A stretch of 59,081 nt of DNA from Thiobacillus sp. (GTDB lineage Bacteria > Pseudomonadota > Gammaproteobacteria > Burkholderiales > Thiobacillaceae), in assembly GCA_046598305.1 (NCBI GenBank), contig JBKJIS010000028.1:1-59081 (forward strand), in the 5' to 3' direction. The translations under genes were made by a program, and so were the position numbers. How positions within the stretch are numbered: the stretch's first letter is position 1; each line of letters opens with the position of its first letter. Of this stretch, positions 30,240 through 42,989 are shown piece by piece. Under the pieces are notes generated by a model. It made no database searches. It saw only the letters and a program-made list of their open reading frames with translations, and had not been told where the DNA came from.

Positions 30240-30884
30240 TTAGCGCTGAATCAGCGTCATCGACTGACCGTCGCGCCGCATGTCCATCCGGTTCAAAAAA
30301 CTCATCCCCAGCAACGGCACACTCAACCCGGCTTCCAGCACCATGCCTTCAACCTGATTCATCGTGATACTGCCCACTTTGACAGTATTGAACGTGACGC
30401 GCCAAGCCGGGACCACCCCGGCAGCAGTATTCACACCGTAGGCCTGACCCGCTTTGTAATCGATGCCCATACGCTTCGCTTCGCTTGAACTGATGGCAAT
30501 GGACGTAGCGCCCGTGTCGACCAGAAAGCTCACCGGATAGCCATTGAGCGAACCCGCAGCAGTGAAATGGCCGCGCGCATCCGCTATCAGCGAAACACTT
30601 TGCCGATCACGGGTTGCGGCCCCGGAAAATGATTGCCCCATGCTCAGGATGCGGCTCTTGCCATCGACATCGAAGTTGGCGCTACCCGAGTCGGCAGAAA
30701 TCAGCCTCACGCCTTGGACTGTTTGTCCCACGCTCAGTGTTCGCGGTTTGCTGCCATCAATCACGACGATGGCCTTGTCCTTGAACAGGCCCACCACTGA
30801 AACACTCGCCGACCATGCCGAGGTGCAGGCCAGCCAAGCAGCCGCTATGATGGTCATATTGAATGAATTACGCTTGAGAGACAT
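30240..30884 (-). CDS. Clan AA (retropepsin-like) aspartic protease
   Basis: ADARGHF, FLVDTGAT, LLGMSFL; signal peptide; start may be 30857. Confidence 0.85.
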   Translation of the reverse strand: MSLKRNSFNMTIIAAAWLACTSAWSASVSVVGLFKDKAIVVIDGSKPRTLSVGQTVQGVRLISADSGSANFDVDGKSRILSMGQSFSGAATRDRQSVSLIADARGHFTAAGSLNGYPVSFLVDTGATSIAISSSEAKRMGIDYKAGQAYGVNTAAGVVPAWRVTFNTVKVGSITMNQVEGMVLEAGLSVPLLGMSFLNRMDMRRDGQSMTLIQR

Positions 30885-30885
30885 C

Positions 30886-31614
30886 GTGCATCCTGTTTTG
30901 ATTTTTCGTCATTCCCCCACCGAGGGGCCCGGGTATTTCACCACGTTTCTGGACCGCCACGGCATCCCTTGGCAGCTTGTGCGCATCGACGCGGGTGACG
31001 CCATACCCAAAACCCTTAACGGCATTTCTGGCGTCTGCTTGATGGGAGGACCGATGAGCGTCAATGACGACCTGCCCTGGATCCCGCCTGTGTTGGCGCT
31101 GATACGCCAGGCGGTTGCAGCAGACATTCCGGTGATGGGTCATTGTCTGGGCGGTCAACTCATGGCCCGTGCACTGGGCGGCACGGTCGGGCCGGCCCCG
31201 CTCAAGGAAATCGGCTGGGGCGATGTCTGTGTGACGGACCTCAACGCGGCACGCCCCTGGCTGGGCGACACGACGCAGCCCGTGACCGCATTCCACTGGC
31301 ACGGCGAAACCTTTACAGTGCCGCCGGGCGCCGTGCGCATTCTGGAAAGCGCCTACTGCGCCAATCAGGCCTTTGTGCTCAACGAACGTCATATCGGCAT
31401 GCAATGCCATGTCGAAATGACGCCCGAACTGATCGCCAGCTGGTGCGAAAACGGCGCGGGCGAAATCAATGCCAGCAATAGCCCTGGCGTGCAACCACCC
31501 GACCTGATTCAAGCGGACATGGCGGCCCACACCGCCCAGCTTCACAAAGTGGCAGACAAAATTTATTCACACTGGATTCAAGGGCTTAGAAGATTATCCC
31601 CGGCAGACAGTTAA
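30886..31614 (+). CDS. Type 1 glutamine amidotransferase (GMP synthase-like)
   Basis: EGPG, MGGPMSVND, GHCLGGQL, WHGE, QCHVE. Confidence 0.85.
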   Translation: MHPVLIFRHSPTEGPGYFTTFLDRHGIPWQLVRIDAGDAIPKTLNGISGVCLMGGPMSVNDDLPWIPPVLALIRQAVAADIPVMGHCLGGQLMARALGGTVGPAPLKEIGWGDVCVTDLNAARPWLGDTTQPVTAFHWHGETFTVPPGAVRILESAYCANQAFVLNERHIGMQCHVEMTPELIASWCENGAGEINASNSPGVQPPDLIQADMAAHTAQLHKVADKIYSHWIQGLRRLSPADS

Positions 31615-31718
31615 CAGACAGTTGGACAGCCGCTTCGCGCGGCGTAGGATAAGCACCGGAGATACATCCAGCTTGAATAGCAGTATCTGAATACATCAAT
31701 TCGAAACATGGAGAATTT

Positions 31719-32132
31719 ATGCAAAATGTCGACTACGCCAACTTCGATTTTGGTGAACGCCTGAACGGGTTTATCCAGGAAGTGATGAATTTCGGCGGCG
31801 CACCCCGCACCGAAGCCGATCTCACCGAAGGCCAGAAAGTATTTGTCCGCGCAGTCAAGCGCGAAATGGTCAAATACGCAGATACCAATCGCCACGGTTA
31901 TCCACACAATCTGCTGGAGCAAATGGAAGCCTTTACCCGCACCATTGGCGACCTGCACAATTCCTATTTCGATTCGAGCATGCGTAAAGTCAGCGATTGT
32001 CTGTACAACCGCTGGAAGATGCTTTACGAAGAAACCAAGAAACTGGCTGCCGCCGGAGGGGATACCAAACCCGCCTGGGTGGATGTCATCAAGACAGAAC
32101 CCTCCGATATGCCCGCCTTCTTTGACGCATAA
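31719..32132 (+). CDS. Hypothetical protein
   Basis: RBS GGAG, 137 aa, followed by its own terminator; no family recognised. Confidence 0.7.
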   Translation: MQNVDYANFDFGERLNGFIQEVMNFGGAPRTEADLTEGQKVFVRAVKREMVKYADTNRHGYPHNLLEQMEAFTRTIGDLHNSYFDSSMRKVSDCLYNRWKMLYEETKKLAAAGGDTKPAWVDVIKTEPSDMPAFFDA

Positions 32133-32150
32133 CTCCTTGTTTTAATATAT

Positions 32151-32177
32151 AAAGCCCGGTCATACCGGGCTTTTTTT
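32151..32177 (+). terminator. Rho-independent terminator
   Basis: AAAGCCCGGT-CAT-ACCGGGCTTTTTTT. Confidence 0.85.
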
Positions 32178-32294
32178 GCATTCCGCCACATCAACCCCGC
32201 TTATCCTCAAATAAAAATAAAGGATTATTCAGGCGTAAAGCCCGGTGCTATCCTCCTTGATAATAAATACCCACATAAAGTCTGAGGAGACAGC

Positions 32295-33512
32295 ATGTCC
32301 AAACTGGTACGCCCACATGGTGGCGGTGAGCTCAAGCCCCTGCTACTGACAGGCGCCGCACTTGCCGCAGAGACCGCCCGCGCAGCTTCGCTGCCCAAGG
32401 TCAAATTGTCTTCGCGCGAAACCGGCGACCTCATCATGATGGGCATCGGCGGCTTCACCCCGCTTGACGGCTTCATGACCCATGCAGACTGGCAGGGTGT
32501 ATGCGACGGTTACAAAATGGCCAATGGTCTGTTCTGGCCGATCCCGGTCACCCTCTCGACGGATGATGTCACGGGCCAAAGCATTGCAGTCGGCGCCGAT
32601 ATTGCGCTGGTTAACGGCGAAAGTGGCGAAATCCTGGGAACCATGAAGGTGACTGAGAAATACGCCATCGACAAGGCCCACGAGTGCATGCAGGTCTACA
32701 AAACCACCGACATTGAGCATCCTGGCGTCAAAATGGTGATGGATCAAGGCGCGATCAACCTTGCCGGCCCGGTCAAAGTGCTGTCCACCGGCGGCTTCAA
32801 GGAAGAATACGGCGAGCAGTTCATGACCCCCGCCGAAACCCGCGCCGCATTTGAAAAAGCAGGCTGGTCCAAAGTGGCGGCGTTCCAGACCCGCAACCCG
32901 ATGCATCGCTCGCATGAGTACCTGGCCAAGATCGCTATCGAAACCATGGATGGCGTGCTGATCCACTCGCTGCTGGGCGCATTGAAGCCCGGCGACATTC
33001 CCGCCGACGTGCGTTCCGAAGCTATCAGCACCCTGGTCGACAACTATTTCGCGCCCAACACCGTAATTCAGGCGGGATATCCGCTGGACATGCGTTACGC
33101 CGGTCCGCGCGAAGCGCTGCTGCACGCACTGTTTCGCCAGAACTACGGTTGCTCGCACCTGATCGTCGGTCGTGACCACGCAGGCGTGGGCGATTACTAC
33201 GGCCCGTTTGACGCGCAGAAGATATTCGACGATATCCCCAAGGGCGCGCTCGAAACCGTGAACATGAACATCGACTGGACGTTCTGGTGCAACAAGTGCG
33301 GCGGCATGGCTTCGCAGCGCACCTGCCCCCACACCAAAGATGACCGCATTCTGTTGTCTGGCACCAAGGTGCGTTCGATGCTCTCCGAAGGCCAGGACCT
33401 GCCGGTTGAATTCAGCCGTCCCGAAGTAGCCAAGGTTCTTCAGAAGTACTACGCTGGTTTATCCACCGAGCAAAACGTCAAGATCGAGTTGAAAGGCCAC
33501 TCGGCCGCATAA
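32295..33512 (+). CDS. sat: Sulfate adenylyltransferase (ATP sulfurylase)
   Basis: [33 protein letters not shown]. Confidence 0.97.
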   Translation: MSKLVRPHGGGELKPLLLTGAALAAETARAASLPKVKLSSRETGDLIMMGIGGFTPLDGFMTHADWQGVCDGYKMANGLFWPIPVTLSTDDVTGQSIAVGADIALVNGESGEILGTMKVTEKYAIDKAHECMQVYKTTDIEHPGVKMVMDQGAINLAGPVKVLSTGGFKEEYGEQFMTPAETRAAFEKAGWSKVAAFQTRNPMHRSHEYLAKIAIETMDGVLIHSLLGALKPGDIPADVRSEAISTLVDNYFAPNTVIQAGYPLDMRYAGPREALLHALFRQNYGCSHLIVGRDHAGVGDYYGPFDAQKIFDDIPKGALETVNMNIDWTFWCNKCGGMASQRTCPHTKDDRILLSGTKVRSMLSEGQDLPVEFSRPEVAKVLQKYYAGLSTEQNVKIELKGHSAA

Positions 33513-33706
33513 GTTTTTCCGAACGGACTGAAATGCCAGCGGGAACCCTCCCGGCAGGCTTGAAACTCCGTATCGGACAAGGGTTTTAGGATACGAGCCT
33601 ACCGGAAGCGGATTCGCGATACGCCCCGGCCAAGGACGGGTTCAGTTCTAAGCGGACCGCGACGGACGCGGAAGTTGTTAGCTAACTACTATTTAAGGAG
33701 ATTTTA

Positions 33707-34180
33707 ATGCCAACCTATGTTCGTACCGACAAGTGCGATGGCTGCAAAGGTCAGGATAAGACCGCTTGCATGTACATCTGCCCGCACGATCTGATGATGC
33801 TGGACAAGGACGGTTCGGAAACCGGCCATGCGATGAAGGCCTGGAACCAGGAACCAGAGCAGTGCTGGGAATGCTATTCCTGCGTGAAGATCTGCCCGCA
33901 GCAAGCCATTGAAGTCCGCCACTACGCCGACGTCGTGCCGCTGGGCGGCATGGTTCAGCCGCTGCGTGGTTCCGATTCCATCATGTGGACGATCAAGTTC
34001 CGCAACGGCGTACTGAAGCGTTTCAAGTTCCCGATCCGCACCACGCCCGAAGGCTCGATCGACTGCTACGGCGGCAAGCCGATGCCCAAAATGGCCGACA
34101 TCGAAGTCTCGGGTTCCTTTACCCGCGACATGATGGGTGGCTACCGCGCGGGCAATCCCGCTGAACTGATTCGCAAGTAA
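33707..34180 (+). CDS. aprB: Adenylylsulfate reductase beta subunit
   Basis: MPTYV..KCDGCKG..TACMYICP, CWECYSCVKICP, KRFKFPIRTT. Confidence 0.97.
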   Translation: MPTYVRTDKCDGCKGQDKTACMYICPHDLMMLDKDGSETGHAMKAWNQEPEQCWECYSCVKICPQQAIEVRHYADVVPLGGMVQPLRGSDSIMWTIKFRNGVLKRFKFPIRTTPEGSIDCYGGKPMPKMADIEVSGSFTRDMMGGYRAGNPAELIRK

Positions 34181-34198
34181 TTTAGAGAGGTATTTGAG

Positions 34199-36220
34199 AT
34201 GGCTGGAGAATTTGGTAATCCCGAAGTAGTCCAGGAGGAAGTAGACATCCTCCTGATCGGCGGCGGCATGGCATGCTGCGGCGCCGGTTACGAAATCATG
34301 CGCTGGGCGGATGCAGCCAAGGCAGAAATGGGCATTGATCTTAAGATCAAGCTGGTCGACAAGGCTGCAATGGACCGTTCCGGCGCAGTAGCCCAGGGTC
34401 TGTCCGCGATCAACACCTACATCGGTACCGAGCAGGATCCCGCCGACTACGCCCGCATGGTCTCCAACGACCTGATGGGCATCACCCGCGACGACCTGGC
34501 CTACGATCTGGGTCGCCACGTCGACGATTCCGTGCACCTGTTCGAAGAATGGGGCCTGCCGATCTGGAAAACCGACGAAAACGGCGAACGCCACGACGGC
34601 GCCCAGGGCCTGCCCACGTTGAAAGACGGCGGCAAGCCCGTGCGTTCCGGCAAATGGCAGATCATGATCAACGGCGAATCCTACAAGTGGATCGTCGCTG
34701 AAGCAGCCAAAAAAGCACTCGGCATGGATCGCATCGAAGAGCGCATCTTCATCGTCAAGCTAATCAACGACAAGAACGACCCCACTCGCATCGCCGGTGC
34801 CGTCGGCTTCTCGACCCGCGACCATAAAGTCGTCGTCTACAAGGCCAAGGCCATCCTGCTGGCCGCCGGTGGCTGCGTGAACATCTTCCGTCCGCGTTCG
34901 GTCGGTGAAGGTACCGGCCGCACCTGGTACCCGGTTTGGAACGCAGGTTCGACCTACGCGATGGCTGCCGAAGCTGGCGCCGAGATGACCATGATGGAAA
35001 ACCGTTTCGTGCCCGCCCGTTTCAAAGACGGTTATGGCCCGGTTGGTGCATGGTTCCTGCTGTTCAAAGCGCAAGCTGTGAACGCGTACGGCGAAGTCTA
35101 CATGGTGAAAAACAAGGAGATGCTGAACGACTACCCGCCCTACGGGCAGGCTGCCGTTCCCGCATCGTGCCTGCGTAACCACCTGATGCTGAAGGAAATG
35201 AAGGAAGGCCGCGGCCCCATTTACATGGACACCGTGACCGCGCTCGCCAAGCTGCGCGAGACCCTGACCCCGCGCGAAGTGAAGCACCTTGAAGCCGAAG
35301 CCTGGGAAGACTTCCTCGACATGTGCATCGGCCAGTGCGGCATCTGGGTGGGCGAGAACATCGAGCCGGAGAAGAAAAACTCCGAACTGATGCCGACCGA
35401 GCCCTACCTGCTCGGCAGCCATTCCGGTTGCTGCGGCATCTGGGTGTCGGGTCCGACCGACGTGGGCGCGCCGACTTCAGAAGATCACGCCGACGCCGAC
35501 AAGATCCCGGCTCACCTGCCCAAAGGCTGGAACTGGGGTTACCGCTCAATGACCACGGTCAAGGGTCTGTTCACCGCCGGCGACGGCGTGGGCGCATCCG
35601 GCCACAAGTTCTCCTCCGGTTCGCACGCCGAAGGCCGCATGTGCGCCAAGTCCATGGTCAAGTACTGCATCGACAACAAGGACCTGAAGCCCGAATTCGA
35701 CACCTCCGTCGAGCAACTGGTGGAAGAAATCTACAAGCCGGTGCGCACCTTCCTGGAGCACAAGGACTACACCACGGCGATTGACGTCAACCCCCACTAC
35801 ATCACGCCCAAAATGCTGCAGTTCCGTCTGCAGAAGATCATGGACGAGTATGTTGCCGGTGTTGCCACCTACTACACCACCAATGCCAACATGCTGAATG
35901 TGGCGGAAGAAAAGCTGTTCATGCTGAAGGAAGACGCCGAGAAGATGCGTGCGAAAGACCTGCACGAACTGCTGCGCGCCTGGGAAAACTACCACCGTAT
36001 CCTCACGGCGGAAGCCCACATGAAGCACATCCAGTTCCGCGAAGAAAGCCGTTACCCCGGCTTCTACTACCGCATGGACAAGAACTTTGTCGATGAGGAA
36101 AACTGGCATTGCTTCGTCAACTCGGTCTACGACAAGAACACCAAACAGTGGAACTGCTTCAAGCGCGCCCACGTGGATCTGGTCGACAAGTCCAAGCTGT
36201 TCAAGCCCGCTGCGCACTAA
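34199..36220 (+). CDS. aprA: Adenylylsulfate reductase alpha subunit
   Basis: RSGAVAQGLSAINTY, WQIMINGESYK, RFKDGYGPVGAWF, GHKFSSGSH, ESRYPGFYY. Confidence 0.97.
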   Translation: MAGEFGNPEVVQEEVDILLIGGGMACCGAGYEIMRWADAAKAEMGIDLKIKLVDKAAMDRSGAVAQGLSAINTYIGTEQDPADYARMVSNDLMGITRDDLAYDLGRHVDDSVHLFEEWGLPIWKTDENGERHDGAQGLPTLKDGGKPVRSGKWQIMINGESYKWIVAEAAKKALGMDRIEERIFIVKLINDKNDPTRIAGAVGFSTRDHKVVVYKAKAILLAAGGCVNIFRPRSVGEGTGRTWYPVWNAGSTYAMAAEAGAEMTMMENRFVPARFKDGYGPVGAWFLLFKAQAVNAYGEVYMVKNKEMLNDYPPYGQAAVPASCLRNHLMLKEMKEGRGPIYMDTVTALAKLRETLTPREVKHLEAEAWEDFLDMCIGQCGIWVGENIEPEKKNSELMPTEPYLLGSHSGCCGIWVSGPTDVGAPTSEDHADADKIPAHLPKGWNWGYRSMTTVKGLFTAGDGVGASGHKFSSGSHAEGRMCAKSMVKYCIDNKDLKPEFDTSVEQLVEEIYKPVRTFLEHKDYTTAIDVNPHYITPKMLQFRLQKIMDEYVAGVATYYTTNANMLNVAEEKLFMLKEDAEKMRAKDLHELLRAWENYHRILTAEAHMKHIQFREESRYPGFYYRMDKNFVDEENWHCFVNSVYDKNTKQWNCFKRAHVDLVDKSKLFKPAAH

Positions 36221-36240
36221 ATTTTAGTCAGTTGCTGAAC

Positions 36241-36306
36241 GCCGGGCGCGCCACGTTAACCAAGGCGCCCCGGACATCCGGGCGCCTCAGGGCGCCCGGC
36301 TTTTTT
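36241..36306 (+). terminator. GC-rich compound hairpin with U tract after aprA
   Basis: GCCGGGCGC...GGCGCCCGG-ACAT-CCGGGCGCC...GCGCCCGGC followed by TTTTTT. Confidence 0.65.
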
Positions 36307-36441
36307 CCAGCATAATAAACAGCAAGACCAACAAGGTTTAGCATCCTGTCGAAAGCGCGTACTCTAGCGTTCTGGACCAGAAACAATGCTTTCGACTGTG
36401 TGTTAATGAATTGAGGGGTTCGCCCCGGAAGGTAGCAAGAA

Positions 36442-37353
36442 ATGAATGAAAACGATTTCAAGGACATGATCAACGACTCCCCGTTTGCGGGCAGCCCGGT
36501 CAAACCCAATATGCTGGGAGACAACACCGCATTCCAGTTCCGTTGTCATCGCAACGTCAAATGCTGGAATGCGTGTTGCAGCAACATCGATATCCCACTC
36601 ACCCCCTATGACATCCTGCGTCTGAAAAAGCGGCTGGACATGCCGTCTGGCGAATTTCTCAAACAGTATTCAACCCCTTTTGAGATGGACAAGGATGGCA
36701 TGCCCGGCGTGAAACTGAAGCCGGTTGACGAAGGCACGGCATGCCAGTTCATGACCCCGGAAGGCTGTGGCGTCTACGAAGACCGACCCACTGCATGTCG
36801 CTACTACCCAGTCGCCTTGTTGACCATGCGCCGCTCCGATGAATACGTTGACCGCAGCGCCTACGCCATGGTCAAAGAAAAGCACTGCCTCGGTCATCTG
36901 GAAGAGAAAGCCCAAACCATTGAGCAATACCGCACCGAACAAGGTGTGGTCGAGTACGACGAAAAGGCACACGCCTGGCGTCAGTTGATCGTTAAGCGCA
37001 AGTCAGCGGGTCCCTCCATCGGCAAACCCACACCGGTTTCCAATCAGCTATTTTTCATGGCGAGCTACGACATGGACCGCTTTCGCGCGTTCATCATGAG
37101 CCCGAGCTTCAACGAAAGCTACAACATCCCCGTTGAAGTCATGGCGTTGCTGGTTGCCGACGACGAGGCTCTGCTCGACTTTGGCCTGAACTTTCTGCGC
37201 CATGCGCTATTTGGTGAAGACTTCATTGAGCAACATCCGGGTGCCTATGAAAAACGTCTGGAACGCAAGCGCGCGATGGCCGGGCAGAATCAAGAAGCCG
37301 AATTCCAGAAGAAAATGGAAATCGAAGACGATAAATACTCTAACGAGAACTGA
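36442..37353 (+). CDS. YkgJ-family (CxxCxxCC-like) cysteine-cluster protein
   Basis: FRCH..VKCWNACC, LTPYDI, CQF...GCGVYEDRPTACRYYP, HCLG. Confidence 0.85.
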   Translation: MNENDFKDMINDSPFAGSPVKPNMLGDNTAFQFRCHRNVKCWNACCSNIDIPLTPYDILRLKKRLDMPSGEFLKQYSTPFEMDKDGMPGVKLKPVDEGTACQFMTPEGCGVYEDRPTACRYYPVALLTMRRSDEYVDRSAYAMVKEKHCLGHLEEKAQTIEQYRTEQGVVEYDEKAHAWRQLIVKRKSAGPSIGKPTPVSNQLFFMASYDMDRFRAFIMSPSFNESYNIPVEVMALLVADDEALLDFGLNFLRHALFGEDFIEQHPGAYEKRLERKRAMAGQNQEAEFQKKMEIEDDKYSNEN

Positions 37354-37357
37354 CCCT

Positions 37358-37825
37358 ATGCACCTCCCTGCGTTCGTCCTGCTCACGTTGATTTCGCTGT
37401 GCCCAGCCATTGCTGCTGCGCAAGCAACGCTTAACAAATGCATCGACGCGCAGGGTGCGGTCACCTACTCCAACAAGCCGTGTAGCAAAGCGCACGAAGG
37501 GCATAAAGTCAATATCGATCCTGCGCCGGTACCGGATCTGCCGCGCGCGGTTCCCGTTCAGATGCAGGCTACCCAGCCGGCCGTCTCAAAAAACGACCCC
37601 ATCTCCGCACCTGAAACCCGACACCTCAAATTGCAGCGTGACCCCGGGAAAGCCACCCGGAACAGCAGCGCAAACAAATGCGACACCCTGTCCAATACAG
37701 TGGGCCGTGTGCTCGACAAAATGGATCAGGCGCGACGAAAAGGGTACACCCTGGAGCAAATGAACAAATGGAATGAGGAAGTCCGCGACCTCGAACGACA
37801 AAAACAGCAATCCAGCTGCTTCTGA
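37358..37825 (+). CDS. DUF4124-domain exported protein
   Basis: Signal peptide, then [16 protein letters not shown]. Confidence 0.7.
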   Translation: MHLPAFVLLTLISLCPAIAAAQATLNKCIDAQGAVTYSNKPCSKAHEGHKVNIDPAPVPDLPRAVPVQMQATQPAVSKNDPISAPETRHLKLQRDPGKATRNSSANKCDTLSNTVGRVLDKMDQARRKGYTLEQMNKWNEEVRDLERQKQQSSCF

Positions 37826-37848
37826 CAAGTCATCCTGAATCCGTCTCC

Positions 37849-38661
37849 ATGAACGCACGCACCCTTGATCCAGCGCACCATCTCATCGAAAAAGAGCCCT
37901 ATTACGAAGCCGTCGGTGAGGAAATTCAATTGTTCGAAGCCGCTTACCGACAACAAATTCCGGTTCTGTTAAAAGGCCCCACCGGTTGCGGCAAGACGCG
38001 CTTCATGGAACATATGGCGTGGCGACTGAAACGCCCGTTGATAACAGTATCGTGCCACGATGACCTCACCGCTTCCGATCTCGTTGGTCGCTATCTGGTC
38101 AAAGGGGGAGAAACCGTGTGGGTCGACGGCCCGCTCACCCGCGCCGTGCGCTGTGGTGGCATTTGCTACCTGGATGAAATAGTCGAAGCGCGCAAGGACA
38201 CCATGGTGGTGATCCACCCATTGGCTGATGACCGCCGCACCCTGCCGATGGAAAAACTTGGGCAAACAGTTGAAGCCCCGCCAGAATTCTGCCTCGCCAT
38301 TTCCTACAATCCGGGCTACCAGAGCGTGCTCAAGGATTTGAAACAATCGACCCGGCAACGCTTTGTTGCGCTGGAGTTCGACTACCCTTCAGCTACGCTT
38401 GAGCGCCGGATTGTTGCCACCGAATCAGGTGTCTCGGAGGCCGTCGCCGACAGCCTGGTGCGCTTTGCGCAAATGACACGCAACCTGAAAGGCAGTGGCT
38501 TGGAGGAAGGCGCCTCGACCCGTTTGCTGGTGCATGCAGGCAAGCTGATTTCTGATGGCGTGAGTCCGGTCATCGCCTGTAAGGCTGCCGTTGCACAGGC
38601 GGTGACCGATGACCCGGACATGTTGAAAGCGATCCAGGAACTCTCCTCCTCCCTCTTCTGA
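37849..38661 (+). CDS. CbbQ/NirQ/NorQ-family MoxR-type AAA+ ATPase
   Basis: EPYY, Walker A GPTGCGKT, Walker [32 protein letters not shown]. Confidence 0.92.
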   Translation: MNARTLDPAHHLIEKEPYYEAVGEEIQLFEAAYRQQIPVLLKGPTGCGKTRFMEHMAWRLKRPLITVSCHDDLTASDLVGRYLVKGGETVWVDGPLTRAVRCGGICYLDEIVEARKDTMVVIHPLADDRRTLPMEKLGQTVEAPPEFCLAISYNPGYQSVLKDLKQSTRQRFVALEFDYPSATLERRIVATESGVSEAVADSLVRFAQMTRNLKGSGLEEGASTRLLVHAGKLISDGVSPVIACKAAVAQAVTDDPDMLKAIQELSSSLF

Positions 38662-38677
38662 TGGCGTTGTTTTAATC

Positions 38678-40794
38678 ATGGCGTTGGCGCCGCTTACTGC
38701 CGCAGACATGGAGAAAAATCTTCATGTCTGGCTGGACACCGAATTCACCTATTTCAAGGTCGAGGAACTCGCTGCCGAGCTGACCCTGCTCGCACGCGAC
38801 GAGCAGGGTTTCATCCTCAACTGGATACGCCGCATTGCTTCCACCCATATCACGCTGGCCTGGCAGTTCGGGCGCCGCGCCCCTGCCCTTTTGCCGCGCA
38901 TGGAACGGCGCTTGCTCGAAGCGTGGGCGATTCACACGTGCGACGTGTTCGACCGCACAGGTCTGCAAAACGCGCTCAGGATTATGGAGCAGGTCGACAG
39001 CTTTGACGAAGCGCAGCATCAACACGATGCAGCGGGCGCGCTGTTCGAGGACATTGCGCCCATACTCGGTAACTTCGTCTGCGGCCTGTCCGGCCGGCGA
39101 CTGAAACTCGAGGAAGGCGACGCGGCATGGACCGATGGCGAACGCATCGTGTTGCCACCGCTGATCGCGACCCTGCCGGATCTGGATGACAACTTTCAAC
39201 TCGCTAAAATCACGGTCGCACTATTGTGGGCGCAAACCCGCTTTGGCAGTCTGCGCATCGACCATGCCGCTGTTGCTGCCCGTTATGCCGACCCCGAACG
39301 TGCCCTGACCCGGCTGTACGCATTGGAAATCCTGCGTCTCAGCGCGCAAATCGCACGTGAGCTGCCGGGCCTGCATCGCCAGATGCAGCGATTACGCGGG
39401 CAACTCGACCCCGCCCTACCCGCAAGCTGGCAGCCCTATGAGGATACATTGTCCAGCCGCGAGGCCACTCTGGATGATAGCCTGGCGCTATTGGCTGCCG
39501 CCTATGATGAAGCTGACTGTCCACAGTGGAGCGATCAGGGCTGTCTGCGACCCGATGCGATTGCCGCCGCGCGCGCCGCCCGGCTGGACATCGAAAAGGC
39601 ACGCCTGCGAATCAAGCTGGCTGAATTGCTGGACGAACACCAGGCCAATCAAGCTGAGTCGCTGGCAGCACCCGATACCCCCCCCGAGTTGAACGTGGAG
39701 CCGCGCGATGAAAACGGCAAGCTCGATTTTGACATCACCCTGGACGACGCGCCCGTCGCGCCGCCCGATGGCGTCAAGCAACTGCTCACCTCGGTCTACC
39801 TGGATTTTGGCGAAATCCCCCCGGACTACCTGACCCCGGCGGGCGACGGCGAATACGATCCGAACCGGGTCTTTGACCAGCCCGAGGACACCGACTCGGT
39901 CTGGCAAGGCACCTACCACGAGAAAGGCGCTGAACTGTATCCCGAGTGGGATCACGGCCGCCAGCATTACCGCAAAAACTGGTGCGTGATGCGGGAAAAG
40001 CCCGTCACCCCGGTCTACGACGACTTTTATCGTGACACCCTCGGCAAGCATGCCGGTGTGGTCAGACATCTGCGCAAAAAATTTGAAGCGCTACGTGATG
40101 AAAACCGCCTCGAAAAACGGCAAACTCAGGGCGACGAAATCGACCTCGATGCCTTGATCGAGGCCTTGGCCGACGCGCGCGACGGCAGCGAGATGAGTGA
40201 CCGGCTGTTCATGCGCACCCACCGCGCCGAACGCAACATCGCCGTGGTCTTTCTGGTCGACATGAGCGGCTCGACCAAGGGCTGGATCAACGAGGCCGAA
40301 CGCGAGTCGCTGATTCTGCTGTGCGAAGCGCTGGAATTACTGGGCGACCGCTATGCGATTTATGGCTTTTCGGGAACCACGCGCAAACGCTGCGAACTGT
40401 TTCGCATCAAAACCTTCGACGATCGCTACGACGACGAGGTGAAAGCCCGCATCTCGGGCATCCGGCCGCAGGAATACACCCGCATGGGCTTTGCCTTGCG
40501 CCACATGACCAAGCTGCTGAACCAGATTGAAGCCAAGACCCGTGTGCTGGTCACCTTGTCTGACGGGCGACCGGACGATTACTTCGATGTCTATCGCGGC
40601 GTCTATGGCGTCGAGGACACACGCATGGCGCTGATGGAGGCCAGCCGCACCGGCATTCACCCTTTTTGCATCACGCTCGACCGCGAAGCACGCGACTACC
40701 TCCCGCACATGTACGGCGCGGCGCGTTACATCATTCTGGATGACGTGAGACAATTGCCGGTGAAAGTCACCGACATTTACCGACGTATCACGAC

Positions 40795-40798
<4 letters not shown>
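38678..40798 (+). CDS. CbbO/NorD-family VWA adaptor protein
   Basis: YPEWD, GDEIDLDA, MIDAS DMSGS, YTRMG, LSDGRP, FCITLD..A.DYL. Confidence 0.88.
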
Positions 40799-42206
<1,408 letters not shown>

Positions 42207-42216
42207 TCAAACCAGC

Positions 42217-42495
42217 TTAAGCCGCAACTGACTCGATCGCGATTGGCACGACACGAACCATTCTACGACGGGCAGCGCCCTTGACTTCGAATTTGACTGT
42301 GCCGTCAGCTTTGGCAAACAAGGTGTGATCCTTGCCGATACCAACGTTGTCGCCGGGATGAAACTGGGTACCGCGCTGGCGCACGATGATGTTGCCAGCT
42401 ATAACCAGTTCGCCGCCATAACACTTGACGCCCAGACGTTTCGATTCCGAGTCGCGGCCGTTACGTGAACTACCGCCTGCTTTCTTGTGTGCCAT
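42217..42495 (-). CDS. rpmA: 50S ribosomal protein L27
   Basis: [22 protein letters not shown]. Confidence 0.97.
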   Translation of the reverse strand: MAHKKAGGSSRNGRDSESKRLGVKCYGGELVIAGNIIVRQRGTQFHPGDNVGIGKDHTLFAKADGTVKFEVKGAARRRMVRVVPIAIESVAA

Positions 42496-42507
42496 GTTTC
42501 GTGCTCC

Positions 42508-42819
42508 TTATGCCGTGATGCCGCCGATTTGCACTTCGGTGAAGTGCTGACGATGGCCCTGGCTCTTGCGATAATGCTTACGACGGCGCATTTTAAAGAT
42601 TTTGATCTTGTCACCGCGAGCCTGGTTCAGCACAGTGGCTGTAACCGTGGCACCACGCAACATGGGCGCACCCATTTTGATGTCGGCACCATCGCCTACC
42701 ATCAGCACCTGATCAAAGGTGATCTCGCTGCCGATGTCGGCTTCGAGCTTTTCAATTTTAAGTTTATCGCCGGCGCTCACGCGGTATTGCTTGCCGCCGG
42801 TTTTGATGACTGCGTACAT
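42508..42819 (-). CDS. rplU: 50S ribosomal protein L21
   Basis: [14 protein letters not shown]...RRRKHY..QGHRQ. Confidence 0.97.
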   Translation of the reverse strand: MYAVIKTGGKQYRVSAGDKLKIEKLEADIGSEITFDQVLMVGDGADIKMGAPMLRGATVTATVLNQARGDKIKIFKMRRRKHYRKSQGHRQHFTEVQIGGITA

Positions 42820-42989
42820 TGGGGATCTCCAACCAATTTCGAACCCAGGAAAGCGCGAGATTTTAGCTGTGAACACCCAATGAGTCAAACTATTTAAAGC
42901 GCCCATTACGGATAATCCCAGTCAAGCGATGAAAAACCCCGGCCAGACTGCTAACATTGTGGGCTTTACCTAATAAGTAACCGCCTATC

